The notes under the pieces were generated by a model, which was given only the letters and a program-made list of their open reading frames with translations, searched no databases and was not told the DNA's origin. A stretch of DNA of 58,986 nt, the filler included. It is 5 parts of 5 records of this genome, joined end to end, with 100 filler letters (N's around TTAATTAATTAA, not from the genome) between each part and the next. Parts side by side here need not be neighbours in the genome. Positions count along the whole stretch, not along the records: positions 27,463 to 37,037 come from SRR31156797_18238; positions 37,138 to 48,486 come from SRR31156797_18241; 3 more parts are not named here. One strand, 5' to 3'. Of this stretch, positions 29,470 through 38,740 are shown one piece after another. Positions within the stretch are counted from its first letter, which is position 1, and every line of letters begins with the position of its first letter. A program made the translations under genes and the position numbers.

Positions 29470-29748
29470 CTACTCTGCTGTGCAGGAGGGGAGGATACCT
29501 TCGACGTCGGTGTGGGGTCTGGGGATGACGTGGATGCTGACCAGCTCGCCCACCCGGTCGGCTGCGGCAGCGCCTGCGTCGGTTGCAGCCTTGACGGCGC
29601 CTACATCACCCCGGACCATTACCGTTACAAGACCGCTTCCCACCTGCTCACGACCGATGAGTTTTACATTGGCGGCTTTTACCATGGCATCTGCAGCTTC
29701 AATGGCTCCGACCAGTCCTTTTGTTTCGATCATTCCCAATGCGTTCAT
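29470..29748 (-). CDS. BMC-H hexameric shell protein (EutM/PduA-like)
   Basis: [47 protein letters not shown]. Confidence 0.96.
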   Translation of the reverse strand: MNALGMIETKGLVGAIEAADAMVKAANVKLIGREQVGSGLVTVMVRGDVGAVKAATDAGAAAADRVGELVSIHVIPRPHTDVEGILPSCTAE

Positions 29749-29766
29749 AATACCTTACTCCTTATG

Positions 29767-30126
29767 TTAGTTTGAATTTACCTTGGTTAAAATTTTTAAA
29801 CCGAGATCTTTCAGTGTTTTGGTGTCTGTTATCCCATACTCATCCCTGAGGATGGTGATGACCGTTTCCATGATCTTTTCCATCTCGCCCGCATCAGGCG
29901 CCGGGCAGGGGGCCGCGGCTGCTTCGGGCTCACAGGCCGGAGCAGCTTCCGCTGCCGGAGCCGCCGGAGTTTCCGGTTTTTCACCGTAAACGATGGCAAT
30001 GCCCTTGTTTCTGAGGTAATCCTTGGCTTCAGAGGTCAGGAGCATGGAGCTGTTCATATAGATGGTATTGGTTTCCGGGCAGATGTGCAGCTCGATACCG
30101 TTGCATCTAATCAGTGTTTTACCCAT
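29767..30126 (-). CDS. Hypothetical BMC-associated protein
   Basis: Tightly packed in the operon; LLTSEAKDYLRNKGIAI module, Ala/Pro linker, C-terminal amphipathic helices. Confidence 0.75.
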   Translation of the reverse strand: MGKTLIRCNGIELHICPETNTIYMNSSMLLTSEAKDYLRNKGIAIVYGEKPETPAAPAAEAAPACEPEAAAAPCPAPDAGEMEKIMETVITILRDEYGITDTKTLKDLGLKILTKVNSN

Positions 30127-30130
30127 AGTT

Positions 30131-30679
30131 TTACCTTTCAACCTTTATAAGAGCGTTCATTACCGAATAGTCGGGGGAGGGGATGACAACGGCCTCGATG
30201 AGCTTTTTGCCAAGGATCTGCTTTGCGGCACGGGTGCCGGCTTCCACCGCGGTAAGTTCCCCGGCCAGGACAAAATAGGATTTTCCCATGATTCCCTGGC
30301 CCGTGATAAGTTTGGGCAACGCCACCCCGGACTCCTTTACGGCGGCATCGGCCGCGGCAATGCCGGCCGTGGCGGTTTTGCACTCAATGATTGCCAGGGC
30401 GTTGTCCCGGCTTACGGGAGCCGCGTGTTTCAGGGTCGCCAGCACTTCCGGGCTGATGTTGGAGATCACATAGGTGCCGGCCAGGACGGCGCCGGATTCC
30501 CTTGCCGCCTCCACCGAGGTCTTTACCTCTTCCCGGTTGCCCGAAACCTGGATCATATACCGTCCCGAGCAGATGGTGGATGCCTTGACAAGATCCACGT
30601 TGGCTTTTTTCATCATGATATCCGCCACCCGGACACCGGCGGCGATGCTTTTTGTTTCTACAAGACCCAGGGTACTCAT
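30131..30679 (-). CDS. BMC-T shell protein (PduT-like)
   Basis: Two BMC domains; LGLVETKSIAAG..ICSGRY (PduT-type Cys)..GIMGKSY. Confidence 0.88.
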   Translation of the reverse strand: MSTLGLVETKSIAAGVRVADIMMKKANVDLVKASTICSGRYMIQVSGNREEVKTSVEAARESGAVLAGTYVISNISPEVLATLKHAAPVSRDNALAIIECKTATAGIAAADAAVKESGVALPKLITGQGIMGKSYFVLAGELTAVEAGTRAAKQILGKKLIEAVVIPSPDYSVMNALIKVER

Positions 30680-30955
30680 TTAGTCGCCCATCCCTGTTTC
30701 AAGTTCATCTATGATGCCCACGATGGTCGCATCGATGGGCGCATCTGCCTGGCCGCATGCGTTCCTGGCCGAGCTGCCCGTTGCCACAAGGACACGGTCT
30801 CCGATACCGGCCCCGACAAAGTCCGCGGCCACAAAACTGTCTGTCTCGGTTTGGTTGCACACATCCAGCCGCCGTACGATCATCAGTTTTACGCCGTTGA
30901 GGGCCTCATCCTTGCGGGTTGCCCACACACTTCCCAATACCTTGCAAATAATCAT
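30680..30955 (-). CDS. eutN: BMC-P vertex protein (EutN/CcmL)
   Basis: KVLGSVWATRK..DFVGAGIGDRVL..GSSAR..IDATIVGIID. Confidence 0.93.
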   Translation of the reverse strand: MIICKVLGSVWATRKDEALNGVKLMIVRRLDVCNQTETDSFVAADFVGAGIGDRVLVATGSSARNACGQADAPIDATIVGIIDELETGMGD

Positions 30956-30965
30956 TGAACCACCC

Positions 30966-31595
30966 CTATCGTTTCAGGATTTCAATTGAATTGTCCCTGG
31001 CAAACTCTTCTGCTAGGGGCGTTATACACGCGTCCGCCGGAACCTGGAGGGTCGATGCCCCCTTGTCCCTGGCCCTTTGCACCTCGGTTTCCGTGACCAC
31101 CCGTTTTCTGGACCGCAGAATCTCTTCCGCCATGGACTCGAACTCCTTGATCCCGAATCCCTTCAGGGTTTCCTTCTGGGTTTCATAGAGCCTTAGCAGG
31201 GGCTCCGGCGCGGTCTCGTTGTAATAGGTGTAACCGTACTTGACCACCTCGACGGTCTTGCCGGAGAGAACCGTGGTCAGCACTTCTCCGCCGATTCGTC
31301 CCCGGGCCATTCCCTGGACGAGGTCGCCCATCTGGCTCAGGGTGAGCAGGGGAAGGACATGGCGGTCTATGGCCTTGCCCCTCCAGTCCTCATCCAGAAA
31401 CAGGATTCGGGCGCTGCTGCTGTTGATAAGGGAGAGAAGGGGGTCTTCATAGGTGTCGTCCCTCTTTCCAAATATCAGGACAGTCTCGCTTGGGGTTTTT
31501 GCTTCGGCCCCGCCCCCGGTCCCGGGTTCCGTTTCATCGTTCAGCTGCTGGAGAATCTCCCGGGTCAGCTTCCGGATCAGGTTCTCTAGCTCCAT
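30966..31595 (-). CDS. Uncharacterised eut-cluster protein
   Basis: Lies between eutJ and eutN; N-terminal encapsulation-like helix; C-terminal ITPLAEEFARDNSIEI module. Confidence 0.75.
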   Translation of the reverse strand: MELENLIRKLTREILQQLNDETEPGTGGGAEAKTPSETVLIFGKRDDTYEDPLLSLINSSSARILFLDEDWRGKAIDRHVLPLLTLSQMGDLVQGMARGRIGGEVLTTVLSGKTVEVVKYGYTYYNETAPEPLLRLYETQKETLKGFGIKEFESMAEEILRSRKRVVTETEVQRARDKGASTLQVPADACITPLAEEFARDNSIEILKR

Positions 31596-32425
31596 GGTGT
31601 CTCCTGGGTGCCGCATTTGAGGGCAATACCGAGGGGGGTCACGAGAAAGGGGTTGGCCGGTTTGAAAACCGGCTGGCCCAGGGCCTTCTCAAACACCTTT
31701 TCAAAGTTCTTGAGGCAGCAGGTACCGCCGACAAGGTATACCCCGTTGACCTTCCTGCCCTCGATGTGGTTCCGGACGATGGAGGCCATCTTCTGGATCA
31801 CCGGGGTGACCACCAGCAGGGTTTCCCCCTGGCGTTCCGGGTCTTTTTTAATGGTCTCGGCCTCTTCAAACTCCACCCGGTGGTTTCCGGACAGGACCAG
31901 GGTCAGGTGGGTACCGCCGGTGGCTTCATCGGCCACGTATACCACCTTGCCGTTTTCCAGTACCGAGAGTCCGGTGGTGCCGCCGCCGATGTCCACAACG
32001 ACACCGTCCTCGATGCCTAGCACGGCATTGGCCGCCGTGGGTTCGTCAAGGATGGAGGTGACGGTGAGGCCCGCCCCTTCCACCACATAGGTGTGGGTCT
32101 TGGAATCCCGTTCCCCGGTTCCGGGGGGGACTGCAATGGCCGCTTCCTCAAGGGGTCTGCCCAGCCGTTCTTCCAGCTGGTCCACCAGTTTCTTGACGAT
32201 CCTGCTGGCGCCGATGTAGTCCACCACCAGGCCGTCCTTGATCACCTGGGCAAATTCCATGGCACAGGCCACCGGTTTTTTTTCACTGTTTAACACCACA
32301 ACGACGATGTAGGCGGTTCCAAGGTCCACTCCCACGAGGAGGGGCTCATCCGCGCTTACTTCTCTCGTTGTTTCTATGCAGGCCTCGAGGTCTGCTATCT
32401 GCTGGTCTATCTGTTCAAAATTCAA
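31586..32425 (-). CDS. eutJ: Ethanolamine utilization Hsp70/actin-like protein
   Basis: GVDLGTAYIV, DEPTAAN, VDIGGGTTG, ADEATGGTH, VTPLGIA. Confidence 0.93.
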   Translation of the reverse strand: MNFEQIDQQIADLEACIETTREVSADEPLLVGVDLGTAYIVVVVLNSEKKPVACAMEFAQVIKDGLVVDYIGASRIVKKLVDQLEERLGRPLEEAAIAVPPGTGERDSKTHTYVVEGAGLTVTSILDEPTAANAVLGIEDGVVVDIGGGTTGLSVLENGKVVYVADEATGGTHLTLVLSGNHRVEFEEAETIKKDPERQGETLLVVTPVIQKMASIVRNHIEGRKVNGVYLVGGTCCLKNFEKVFEKALGQPVFKPANPFLVTPLGIALKCGTQETPWS

Positions 32426-33068
32426 CTGCTTTCTCCTGGTTTGTTACTATGGTGCCTGGCACCCCTTGTTGCCATCCGCATGCGTTGCCTTCGTCAAAGT
32501 CGATATGCATGGCAAGGTTGAACCGGTCGCTGACCCGGACCAGCACATCTTCCAACACAACGGGTCTTGAACTGTTCATGCGTACCTTGATCCGGTCCCC
32601 GTCCTTGACGTTGAACCTTGCCGCATCCTTTGCGGGCATGTGGATGTGTCGTCCTGCCACAATGACCCCCTGGTCAAGTCCCACGATGCCCTTGTGGGAC
32701 GACAGGACAATGCCCGGGGTGCCGTCTATCTCCCCGGATTGGCGTACCGGGGTGTCGATGCCGAGAATTCGTGCATCGGTAAGGGAGATCTCCACCTGGG
32801 ACTCGGGCCTTGCCGGCCCGAGAACAGCGACATTGTCTATCACTCCTCTGGGGCCGATGAGCCTGACCCTCTCCTTGCTCAAGAACTGGCCCGGCTGGGA
32901 GAGCTCCTTGGCCGGAGTCAGATTTTTGCCAACTCCAAAGAGGGCGTCGATATCGGCCTGGGACAGATGGACATGCCTGGCAGAGAGTTCCACAGGTATG
33001 GCGTCGGACGTTTGCCCCAGCTCCGCCAGCACCTGTTTGATGATTTTCTCCATTGTGGTTGTGTCCAT
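32415..33068 (-). CDS. pduL: Phosphate acyltransferase
   Basis: SARHVHLS, LSQPGQF, VLGPAR..QVEISLTD, RHIHM, MHIDFDEGNA. Confidence 0.93.
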   Translation of the reverse strand: MDTTTMEKIIKQVLAELGQTSDAIPVELSARHVHLSQADIDALFGVGKNLTPAKELSQPGQFLSKERVRLIGPRGVIDNVAVLGPARPESQVEISLTDARILGIDTPVRQSGEIDGTPGIVLSSHKGIVGLDQGVIVAGRHIHMPAKDAARFNVKDGDRIKVRMNSSRPVVLEDVLVRVSDRFNLAMHIDFDEGNACGWQQGVPGTIVTNQEKAVEF

Positions 33069-33079
33069 GATGGTCTCCG

Positions 33080-33874
33080 TTATTTATACAGCCCTGCCTT
33101 GAATTTGAGCATCATGATGTAGACCGCGCTGCTCATTCTGTTCAGGGCCTGGAGGATATCGGTCTTTTCAACCTGGAATTCCCCCTTGAATGCTTTTACC
33201 GCCGCAAGCTCCACTTCCCTGACCTCGCTCCTGAGCTTGTTGAGCCTCAGGATCATGAGATCCATGCCAAGGGCCGGAAGAATGTGTCCGGTCTTGAAGA
33301 ACTTCTTCGGGTTGTGGGAGCGCTCCCTGAGTTCGGGATCGGTGAGGCCCAGGATGGTCGACTGTTCCAGTGGCTCGTCCAGGACCTCGGCCTTCAATAT
33401 CTCCCGTTCCCAGGACAGGATTTCTCCAAGGTCCTCCACAAGGCCCGTGAGGCCCTGCTGGTCGGCCCCGTGCTGGAGCAGCAGGGTGAAACTCTGGAGG
33501 GAGTCCAGCTTGCCCCGCAGGTAGATCCTGGGATGGTCCTTGGGCACGAGGAGCTTGCCGTGGAGCTGGGTCATGTGCTCGGGTTTTTTCTCAAACAGGC
33601 CGCCGTCACTGGCCGACCGGTACCGGGTCCGGGTTTCATAGCCCGGGGGAGAGTCCTGGGAGGTTTTTGCTTTAGCTGCATCCGTATCCGCAGCTGTTCC
33701 TTCCGCCTCCTTTGGCCCAGGCGCTTTCTCGCCGGGCCTCACCAAAGCCACCTGTTTCTCTCCCAGGAACTGGGCGGCCGAGGGGGTCATGATCTGACCC
33801 TCCTCGAGGCAGAAAGATTCAGGGATGGATTTCCTGAAGCTTTCCCTTAGAAACGATTCCGTGATGACTTTCAT
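33080..33874 (-). CDS. eutT: Cobalamin adenosyltransferase
   Basis: KPEHMTQL..KDHPRIYLRGKLDSL..SHNP..LNKLRSEVREVEL..LNRMSSAVYI. Confidence 0.88.
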   Translation of the reverse strand: MKVITESFLRESFRKSIPESFCLEEGQIMTPSAAQFLGEKQVALVRPGEKAPGPKEAEGTAADTDAAKAKTSQDSPPGYETRTRYRSASDGGLFEKKPEHMTQLHGKLLVPKDHPRIYLRGKLDSLQSFTLLLQHGADQQGLTGLVEDLGEILSWEREILKAEVLDEPLEQSTILGLTDPELRERSHNPKKFFKTGHILPALGMDLMILRLNKLRSEVREVELAAVKAFKGEFQVEKTDILQALNRMSSAVYIMMLKFKAGLYK

Positions 33875-33880
33875 GGCCGG

Positions 33881-34159
33881 TTATCCCTTTGCTGTCAGGA
33901 TGGATTCCACGTCGGAATGGGGCCTTGGAATGACATGGATACTGACAAGCTCTCCGACCCTGTCGGCGGCTGCCGCCCCGGCATCGGTGGCGGCCTTTAC
34001 GGCGCCCACATCTCCCCGGACCATGACGGTGACAAGGCCCGCGCCGATCTGCTGCTTTCCGATGAGCCTGACATTGGCCGCCTTGACCATTGCATCCGCA
34101 GCCTCAATGGCGCCAACCAGTCCCTTTGTCTCGATCATTCCCAGTGCATCTGATGACAT
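33881..34159 (-). CDS. BMC-H hexameric shell protein (EutM-like)
   Basis: [41 protein letters not shown]. Confidence 0.96.
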   Translation of the reverse strand: MSSDALGMIETKGLVGAIEAADAMVKAANVRLIGKQQIGAGLVTVMVRGDVGAVKAATDAGAAAADRVGELVSIHVIPRPHSDVESILTAKG

Positions 34160-34296
34160 ATCGTTTCTCCTGTGAGTTATTTTATTCACCTGAAGGACAT
34201 GAAGAACATGAAGTCTTACATGTCCCTTGGTGTAATATAAGCATTAATGAAAAGGGCAGGCCCCAATAAGCTAATAAGCTAGGGTCTGACCCCATT

Positions 34297-35727
34297 TTAG
34301 ACTGCCTTTAGCCGCTCCATGATCATTTCGGTGAGCAGCTTGACGTCGATCTCCCGCTCCTGTGCCGGGGGGGCTTCGATGTCGTTGGTGTCCACGCCGT
34401 AGGCCACCCGCCGGATGTTGAACAGGTGAAGGGTGTCCACGTTGTCGGAGGTGGCGCTGCCGCCCACGGCGCCGCACCCGAGGGTGAGGGACGGGGCCAG
34501 GTTGGTGCTCAGGCCCACCGCTCCGTGGGTGGAGGGGGTGTTTACCAGAAGCCGTGAGACCGGTTTCTTCATGGCAAACTCCCGGACCACCCGGTTGTTG
34601 TTGGAGTGGATGGCAAGGGAGTGGCCAAGGCCGCCGTTCTTGAGCAGCTTGAAGCACAGCTCGCAGGCCTCCTGCCAGTCTTCCACCCTGTAGAAGGCCA
34701 TGAGGGCGGTGAGCTTCTCCTTGGAGAAGGGCACCTTGGGCCCGACCTCGGTTTCTTCGCTCAGCATGATCCGGGTGTTGGCCGGAATCGTGATCCCGGC
34801 CATCCTGGCCACGGTCCGGGCGTCCTTTCCGACGATGGCCGGGTTCATGCCGCCGTTGCCCCGCTCCATGACCGCCTTGACCTTTTGGAGGTCTTCCCCT
34901 TCCAGGAAGTAGCCGCCCTGGGCGATGACGGCGGCTTTCACCTTGTCCGCAACCACCTTTTCCGTGATCAGGGCCTGTTCCGAGGCGCACACGGTGCCGT
35001 TGTCAAAGGTTTTGGAGGCAAAGATCTTGGTGACGGCGTCGTTGATGTCGGCGCTTCTCTCCACGAACACGGGCACGTTGCCCGCACCGACCCCCAGGGC
35101 CGGGGTACCGGAGCTGTAGGCCGCCTTGACCATGCCCGGGCCGCCCGTGGCAAGGATGAGATCCGCCACTTTCATGAGCTCGGCGGTTCCCTCGATGGTG
35201 GGGTAGCTCATTACGCTGACAAGGTTTTCAGGCATCCCTTTTTCCCTGAGCACCTCCTGGATCATGGTGATGGTGGCGGTGATGCACTTGAGGGCGCTGG
35301 GATGGGGGCTGAACACGATGGCGTTCCCGGCCTTGAGGGCGATCATCACCTTATAAATGGCCGTGGATGTGGGGTTGGTGGACGGAATCAAACCGGCAAT
35401 GACCCCGGCGGGCGCGGCGATTTCAAGGATCTTGTTCTCCTTGTCCTCGTTGAGCACGCCAATGGTTTTGATGGGCTTGATATGGTTCCAGACGATCTCA
35501 CTGGCAAGGAGGTTCTTTTGCTTTTTGTCCTCCCATTTTCCGAATCCCGTCTCTTCCACCGCCATTTTGGCCAGGGCTTCCGCCTGGGAGGCGGCCTTGG
35601 CAGCAATGGCTGCAACAATGTCGTCTACCTGCTCCTGGTCCGCCTTGGCCAACTCGGCAAGGGCCGTGCGTGCGCACCTGACCAGGGAGCGTGCTTCCTG
35701 TATGGATAATAGGTCCGTATCTACCAT
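34297..35727 (-). CDS. Acylating acetaldehyde dehydrogenase (EutE-like)
   Basis: PSTNPTST, LATGGPGMVKAAYSSG, FDNGTVCASEQ, TLGCG; C-terminal encapsulation-like helix. Confidence 0.93.
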   Translation of the reverse strand: MVDTDLLSIQEARSLVRCARTALAELAKADQEQVDDIVAAIAAKAASQAEALAKMAVEETGFGKWEDKKQKNLLASEIVWNHIKPIKTIGVLNEDKENKILEIAAPAGVIAGLIPSTNPTSTAIYKVMIALKAGNAIVFSPHPSALKCITATITMIQEVLREKGMPENLVSVMSYPTIEGTAELMKVADLILATGGPGMVKAAYSSGTPALGVGAGNVPVFVERSADINDAVTKIFASKTFDNGTVCASEQALITEKVVADKVKAAVIAQGGYFLEGEDLQKVKAVMERGNGGMNPAIVGKDARTVARMAGITIPANTRIMLSEETEVGPKVPFSKEKLTALMAFYRVEDWQEACELCFKLLKNGGLGHSLAIHSNNNRVVREFAMKKPVSRLLVNTPSTHGAVGLSTNLAPSLTLGCGAVGGSATSDNVDTLHLFNIRRVAYGVDTNDIEAPPAQEREIDVKLLTEMIMERLKAV

Positions 35728-35730
35728 GGT

Positions 35731-36315
35731 TTAATCCTTTTTCTGCCTGTAGTGGTCGGAAATTGCCTTGACCAGTTCGTCCTTACGGGCAAATTTAATC
35801 TTTTTCCTGGTAATGGAGAAGGGGTCCAGGGTCCGGGCAAGGTTCCTCAGCTTTTTCACGCTCATTGTTTCCAATGAAGGCTGTCCGGACGCCGGGGGCT
35901 GCCCGGCGGCGCCGGACTCCTTTGAAGGCGCCGGCTGGGGGGGGGCAGCGGGTGCTTCCGTTGCCTCCGGCCTGGATTCAGGCTGCCTGGGCCCGGGTCC
36001 CGGGTTCTGCGGTTCGGGATCCGGCTGTTCCGCCGATTCAGGTTCATCCACGAGAATCGTTTCGAGCCCCTCGGCGGTCCGGGCGATTACCGTTGTGGAG
36101 ATCACCTCTCCTAGCCGCTCGGCCGCCATCTTTCCGGCGTCCACGGAGGCCTTGACGGAGCTGACATCCCCGGTCATGAGTACGGATACCAGGCCCGCCC
36201 CTACGTACTTGCACCCCTGGATCTCCACGTTGGCGGCTTTCACGGCGGTGTCCGCCGCTTCCACTGCCGGAACGAATCCAAAGGTTTCTATGACTCCAAG
36301 GGCTGTGTCCTTCAT
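35731..36315 (-). CDS. BMC-H shell protein with Pro-rich linker and basic C-terminal extension (EutK/PduK-like)
   Basis: ALGVIETFG..AADTAVKAANV..GDVSSVKASV, then a linker and LETMSVKKLRNLAR..ARKDELVKAI. Confidence 0.88.
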   Translation of the reverse strand: MKDTALGVIETFGFVPAVEAADTAVKAANVEIQGCKYVGAGLVSVLMTGDVSSVKASVDAGKMAAERLGEVISTTVIARTAEGLETILVDEPESAEQPDPEPQNPGPGPRQPESRPEATEAPAAPPQPAPSKESGAAGQPPASGQPSLETMSVKKLRNLARTLDPFSITRKKIKFARKDELVKAISDHYRQKKD

Positions 36316-36316
36316 C

Positions 36317-36970
36317 CTAGTACCTCATGGGGTTTTCAGCCACGAACTTCACGGCGTCCGCAAAGGCGTCGCAGGCAGCCTTGCAGGCCGACTGGCTGCC
36401 GGTGAGGAGACCGCCGCCGAAGTTGGTCTCGGACGGGGGACCGTAGAAGGCCGACATCTCCACGTCGGCCGCCTTCATGGCCAGATCCAGGGCGTAGATC
36501 GCTTCGATGGGCGGGGCGATCAGGTACGCCAGGGCGTTGCCCTCCTGGATGCCCGCCTCTTTTGAGAGAAAGGTGCCGGTCCTGGATATGCAGTGGGCGT
36601 AGTAGCAGATGGAATCATCTTCGTTGACAGAGTAGAAGGCGGCGTCATTCTCGACAAAATCCACGGCCGCGTCGATGCCGCTCTTGACCTCGGCGGGGGT
36701 GGGGCCGGAGAGAATTCCGATGAACTCGCCGGCCAGCTTGGTGTTGGCGTTGACCGCGCCGCCGTAGAACGATTTTGCATAGGCCACGGAAACCACGGCC
36801 TTTTTGGTGGCGTCATCCAGGGCGGTATAGGCTACATCATCGATGTCACAGGTGAAGATGCCGATGCTCCTGTGGCCGGCCTCTAGGTTCAGCTCCTTGG
36901 CCATTGCCGGATTGACATTGGGTATGAGTTTGACACTGAGTACTTGTGCGCGTAGTGCGTCGCCTTTCAT
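36317..36970 (-). CDS. eutL: Ethanolamine utilization BMC-T shell protein
   Basis: IPNV..TCDIDDVAYTALDDATKKA..SFYGGA..GPTPAEV..PPSETNFGGGLLTGSQSACKAACDAF. Confidence 0.92.
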   Translation of the reverse strand: MKGDALRAQVLSVKLIPNVNPAMAKELNLEAGHRSIGIFTCDIDDVAYTALDDATKKAVVSVAYAKSFYGGAVNANTKLAGEFIGILSGPTPAEVKSGIDAAVDFVENDAAFYSVNEDDSICYYAHCISRTGTFLSKEAGIQEGNALAYLIAPPIEAIYALDLAMKAADVEMSAFYGPPSETNFGGGLLTGSQSACKAACDAFADAVKFVAENPMRY

Positions 36971-36990
36971 TTATTGGCCTCCAATCAAGA

Positions 36991-37018
36991 GGTTGCGGCA
37001 TCTGGAGATGCCGCAACC
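36991..37018. other. Perfect stem-loop upstream of eutL
   Basis: GGTTGCGGCATC-TGGA-GATGCCGCAACC. Confidence 0.65.
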
Positions 37019-37037
37019 GAATCGTTAAATTTGTTTT

Positions 37038-37137
37038 NNNNNNNNNNNNNNNNNNNNNNNNNNNNNNNNNNNNNNNNNNNNTTAATTAATTAANNNNNNN
37101 NNNNNNNNNNNNNNNNNNNNNNNNNNNNNNNNNNNNN
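37038..37137. other. Artificial contig-joining spacer
   Basis: N44-TTAATTAATTAA-N44. Confidence 0.98.
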
Positions 37138-37168
37138 GTATCTATATCCGGTGTCCGCGCACTACGTT

Positions 37169-38740
37169 CTAGCGGTTGACCTGCAGATTGTAGGGTCGGA
37201 AGTCCATGTAATAGAGCGAATAGGGCTTCCACTGGACGCCTTTCTTGAGGGCATAGGTCTCAAGTGGGTTGTAAAGCATCGTGCCCGGCGCCTCGTCCAT
37301 CCAGATGTCCAGAGCCTTGCGATAGGCGTCCTGGCGCACTTTCGGGTCGGTGGCGGTGGCTATGATGTTCTGCTGCTTGTTGAATTCGACCGGCGGCACC
37401 CAGCTGCGGGCCTTGTCGTCGCGGTCGTTCTGGATTCCCGACAGTTTTCCCCATTGCGGCACGAACGAACCCATCGGGTCGGGCATGCGGTGGGTGTTGG
37501 ACCAGGGCCGGACATTGGTGCCTTCGCCCCGGGTCAGGGCCCAGTTCTCGACCGGCTCAAGCTTGACGTTGAGGCCGACCTGCTTCCACATCTGCTGGAT
37601 GGCCTGGGCGGCTTCAAGCGAGTTCAGGTAGTAGTTCAACGGCAGGCGGTAGATGATCTCTTCGCCATTGTAACTCGAATCCTTGACCAACTGACGCGCT
37701 TTGTCCGGGTCAAAGGCGAACTGCGGATAGTCCTTGATGTAGATGTGATAAGACGGAAGCTGGTGGCCGTTGGGGGTGTAGTTAATGTCGTTCCAGAGCG
37801 CCTTGCGCAGCTTGTTGCGATCGATGGCCAGCGACAGGGCCTGACGCACCAACTTGTCCTTCATGTACGGCTTATCCTGGTAGAACACCAGCATGTGCGT
37901 GTTGTCGAGCACGATGCGTTCGACCTTGAGGTCGTCGTAACGCTCGATGGTCGAAATCTGGTCCGGTGGAATGTTGACGGAAATGTCGTATTCACCGGAA
38001 ACCAGGCCGGCGATGCGGGCAGACACTTCCGGGACCACCTGGAAGGTGACGCTCTTGGCGGTCGGCTTGCCGGCGAAATAGTCGTCGTGGGCAACCAGCT
38101 TGACGTGCTCGCCGTCGACGAATTCGGCGATCTTGTAGGGGCCAGTGCCGACCGGCTTGCGGCCGAAACCGTCCTTGCCTTTGAGCAGGTATTCACGGGC
38201 GTTGACGATCCAGCTGGCGTAACCGGCCATGCGTTGTTCGAACACCGGGTCGGGATCGTTGGTATGAATGCGCACCGTGTAGCGATCGATCGGATCGACA
38301 TGGCTGATGGCGGCAACGAAACGCTTGGCCTGCTGAACCACGCCGTTTTCACCGGTGATGCGGCCCGGATTGAACGAAAAGGCGACATCCTGTGAGGTCA
38401 GCTCATCACCGTTATGGAATTTAACGCCCTCGCGCAGTTTGAATTCCCAGGTCGTTTCGTCAATCTGTTTCCAGCTCTCAGCCAGTCCGGGGACAAGCTT
38501 GGAAGCGGCGCCGGTTCCGTCCGCCAGGAAGTCCCGGCGGATCAGGGAATCGAACATGGAAAAGGTAATTCGCACCGCGATGTTGCCCATTTCCTCGGCG
38601 CTTTCTAAAGATCCGGGGATGGCATTGACGGCGACCGTTACGTCCGGGCGATCATCGGCCGATGCGGCGAACGTACCGGCCAGGACCAGGCCTGCTGCCA
38701 GAACAAGCGACCGGCCAAATCTTAATTTATTGCACAACAT
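37169..38740 (-). CDS. ABC transporter substrate-binding protein, family 5 (DppA-like)
   Basis: Signal peptide; PGLAESW..FKLREGVKFHNG, PVGTGPYK, VRQALSLAIDR; SD GGAG. Confidence 0.92.
   Translation of the reverse strand: MLCNKLRFGRSLVLAAGLVLAGTFAASADDRPDVTVAVNAIPGSLESAEEMGNIAVRITFSMFDSLIRRDFLADGTGAASKLVPGLAESWKQIDETTWEFKLREGVKFHNGDELTSQDVAFSFNPGRITGENGVVQQAKRFVAAISHVDPIDRYTVRIHTNDPDPVFEQRMAGYASWIVNAREYLLKGKDGFGRKPVGTGPYKIAEFVDGEHVKLVAHDDYFAGKPTAKSVTFQVVPEVSARIAGLVSGEYDISVNIPPDQISTIERYDDLKVERIVLDNTHMLVFYQDKPYMKDKLVRQALSLAIDRNKLRKALWNDINYTPNGHQLPSYHIYIKDYPQFAFDPDKARQLVKDSSYNGEEIIYRLPLNYYLNSLEAAQAIQQMWKQVGLNVKLEPVENWALTRGEGTNVRPWSNTHRMPDPMGSFVPQWGKLSGIQNDRDDKARSWVPPVEFNKQQNIIATATDPKVRQDAYRKALDIWMDEAPGTMLYNPLETYALKKGVQWKPYSLYYMDFRPYNLQVNR

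Noticed and set aside
34282-34293. GGGTCTGACCCC mini-palindrome (REP-like)
   Set aside because: Single copy in the window and no associated transposase.
36971-37037. Possible ANTAR (EutV) dual-hairpin element before eutL
   Set aside because: Only one hairpin, with a 4-nt loop rather than paired hexanucleotide loops.
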